In this document: positions 62,874 to 64,000 of the stretch, piece after piece
How positions within the stretch are numbered: the stretch's first letter is position 1
Layout: the number at the start of each line of letters is the position of its first letter
DNA from: Bacteroidia bacterium
Lineage (GTDB): Bacteria > Bacteroidota > Bacteroidia > SpSt-205
Direction: 5' to 3'
Assembly (NCBI GenBank): GCA_025059535.1
Contig: JANXCX010000018.1
Coordinates: forward strand, 66,014-130,013
DNA length: 64,000 nt
The notes under the pieces: model-generated
The model's database searches: none
What the model was told of the DNA's origin: nothing
Seen by the model: the letters and a program-made list of their open reading frames with translations, nothing else
Made by a program: the position numbers and the translations under genes

Positions 62874-64000
62874 GTGTGTCGCATAGGCGGCATTTACCAT
62901 ACGAGCAGCTACCTAACGCCTGATGACCTTCGGGAAAAGCTGCACCGCTTAGCCCAGGCCCAGCGGCATGGCGGCCCTGACGGCGAAGGCTTTTGGCTTC
63001 ACCCTACCCAGCCCTTGGGCTTTTGCCATAGACGTCTGGCTATCCTTGATCTATCCGAAGCCGGCGCCCAACCTATGACTCGCTGCGGCCTTGTAATTAC
63101 TTACAACGGTGAAGTGTACAACTTCCGCGAACTGCGCCAGCTTTTGAAAAAGGCGGGCGAACATTTCACCACCCAAACGGACACCGAGGTACTTCTTTTA
63201 GGTTGGCGCCATTGGGGGCTGGAGGTCCTCCAGCGCGCCCGTGGAATGTGGGCTTTCGCCTTATGGGATGGGGAGGCCCTCTGGCTGGTGCGCGACCGCT
63301 TCGGCGTCAAACCCCTCTTCTACACCTACACGGCTGAAACGCTTATTTTCGCCTCCGAGCTGTCTGCCCTAATAGCGGTCCTCTCGGCTACGCCCTCTAC
63401 TTCGCCCGACCGGCTCCATTTTTACCTCAGTTATGGTTTTCTACGCAGCCCCTACACCTTCTACGAGCATATCTGGCAGATTCCTCCAGGGTCCTATTTG
63501 CGCTTTCAGGGGGGCCGCTACGAGATTCGCCGCTACTGGGAGCCCGAACGGGTATTTTTTGGCCCTCCAGCCGCTCCACCCTCCTTATCGGAAGTAGAAG
63601 AAACCCTCCTCCAGAGCTTCCAGCGGCGGCTCGTAGCCGATGTCCCCGTAGGCCTCTTTCTGAGCGGCGGGCTGGATTCCTCAATAGTAGCCGCTCTGCT
63701 GGCCAAAAGAGCCCACACCCATCTGCCCGCCTTCACCTTAGGCTTTTCGGATGCTGCCTACGACGAAGCCCCTTACGCCGAAAAGATAGCCCGATATCTG
63801 GGCCTACCGCACTACACGCTTTACCTCTCTGACAATGACCTTCTGAGTTTTTTGGAAAAACTTCCTACCCTTTACGGGCAGCCTTTTGGAGATGCTTCGG
63901 CGCTCGCCGTATATGCCTTAGCGGGCTTTGCACGTGAAAGGGTGAAAGTAGTTCTTTCGGCCGATGGCGGGGATGAGCTTTTCGGCGGCTATGTGCGCCA
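62874..64000 (+). CDS. asnB: Asparagine synthase (glutamine-hydrolysing), C-terminus cut by window edge
   Basis: Not in the ORF track because no stop lies in the window. My own translation gives (M)CRIGGIYH...RHGGPDGEG...ITYNGEVYNFRELR...RDRFGVKPLFY and the PP-loop FLSGGLDSS. It is open to position 64000. Confidence 0.88.
   Translation, partial: MCRIGGIYHTSSYLTPDDLREKLHRLAQAQRHGGPDGEGFWLHPTQPLGFCHRRLAILDLSEAGAQPMTRCGLVITYNGEVYNFRELRQLLKKAGEHFTTQTDTEVLLLGWRHWGLEVLQRARGMWAFALWDGEALWLVRDRFGVKPLFYTYTAETLIFASELSALIAVLSATPSTSPDRLHFYLSYGFLRSPYTFYEHIWQIPPGSYLRFQGGRYEIRRYWEPERVFFGPPAAPPSLSEVEETLLQSFQRRLVADVPVGLFLSGGLDSSIVAALLAKRAHTHLPAFTLGFSDAAYDEAPYAEKIARYLGLPHYTLYLSDNDLLSFLEKLPTLYGQPFGDASALAVYALAGFARERVKVVLSADGGDELFGGYVR

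Overview
The window is a gene-dense, mostly housekeeping chromosomal segment, moderately GC-rich by eye (not computed). I infer a Bacteroidota/FCB-group origin from these markers: fused SecDF, a C25 peptidase with a T9SS-type C-terminal sorting domain, BshC, an M28 glutaminyl-cyclase-like lipoprotein, a bS22-like mini ribosomal protein, and TAnnTTTG promoter boxes. I saw no rRNA, CRISPR array, transposase, integrase or prophage.

Recognisable content:
- ligA (5' partial), dedA, ldh, a HAD hydrolase and an orphan nrdB.
- An operon of radical-SAM Mqn enzyme, 172-aa unknown, mqnA, cysS and M28 cyclase.
- A PstS-like binding protein, secDF, an OmpA/TolB-like protein and an FtsX-type permease.
- tRNA-Gly(GCC) and tRNA-Leu(UAA).
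- A 1654-aa C25/T9SS protein, an orphan RND pump, a bS22-like gene with RNase G, and two fibre-like secreted paralogs.
- A tightly overlapping mraZ-rsmH-ftsL-ftsI-murE-mraY-murD unit that continues into a CHAD-like gene and a 989-aa TPR gene.
- aroC, bshC, a DUF445 protein and an M20 amidohydrolase.
- The string purD, ABC permease, alpha/beta hydrolase, lgt, unknown, DUF58, ispE.
- glyA with a methyltransferase, a translationally coupled 140/420/100-aa unknown triad, a DUF5686-like protein, and asnB (3' partial, absent from the ORF track).

Most interesting observations:
1. Exact TAnnTTTG boxes sit 3-8 nt from start codons at most transcription-unit starts. This implies widespread leaderless or near-leaderless mRNAs and lets several starts be re-called.
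2. The 140/420/100-aa triad is built around a protein that looks like a tandem V4R/Bet3-like fold. It is the best candidate for an undescribed module.
3. Three GTGG repeats with 10-bp phasing lie between divergent promoters at mraZ, consistent with a MraZ operator.
4. MraY carries a roughly 100-aa PDZ-like insertion.
5. nrdB has class Ic signatures (Glu as first metal ligand, Leu at the radical-Tyr position).
6. The glutaminyl-cyclase gene coincides with Gln at the predicted +1 of six signal peptides.

All homology calls come from motif recognition by eye, and no database search was run.
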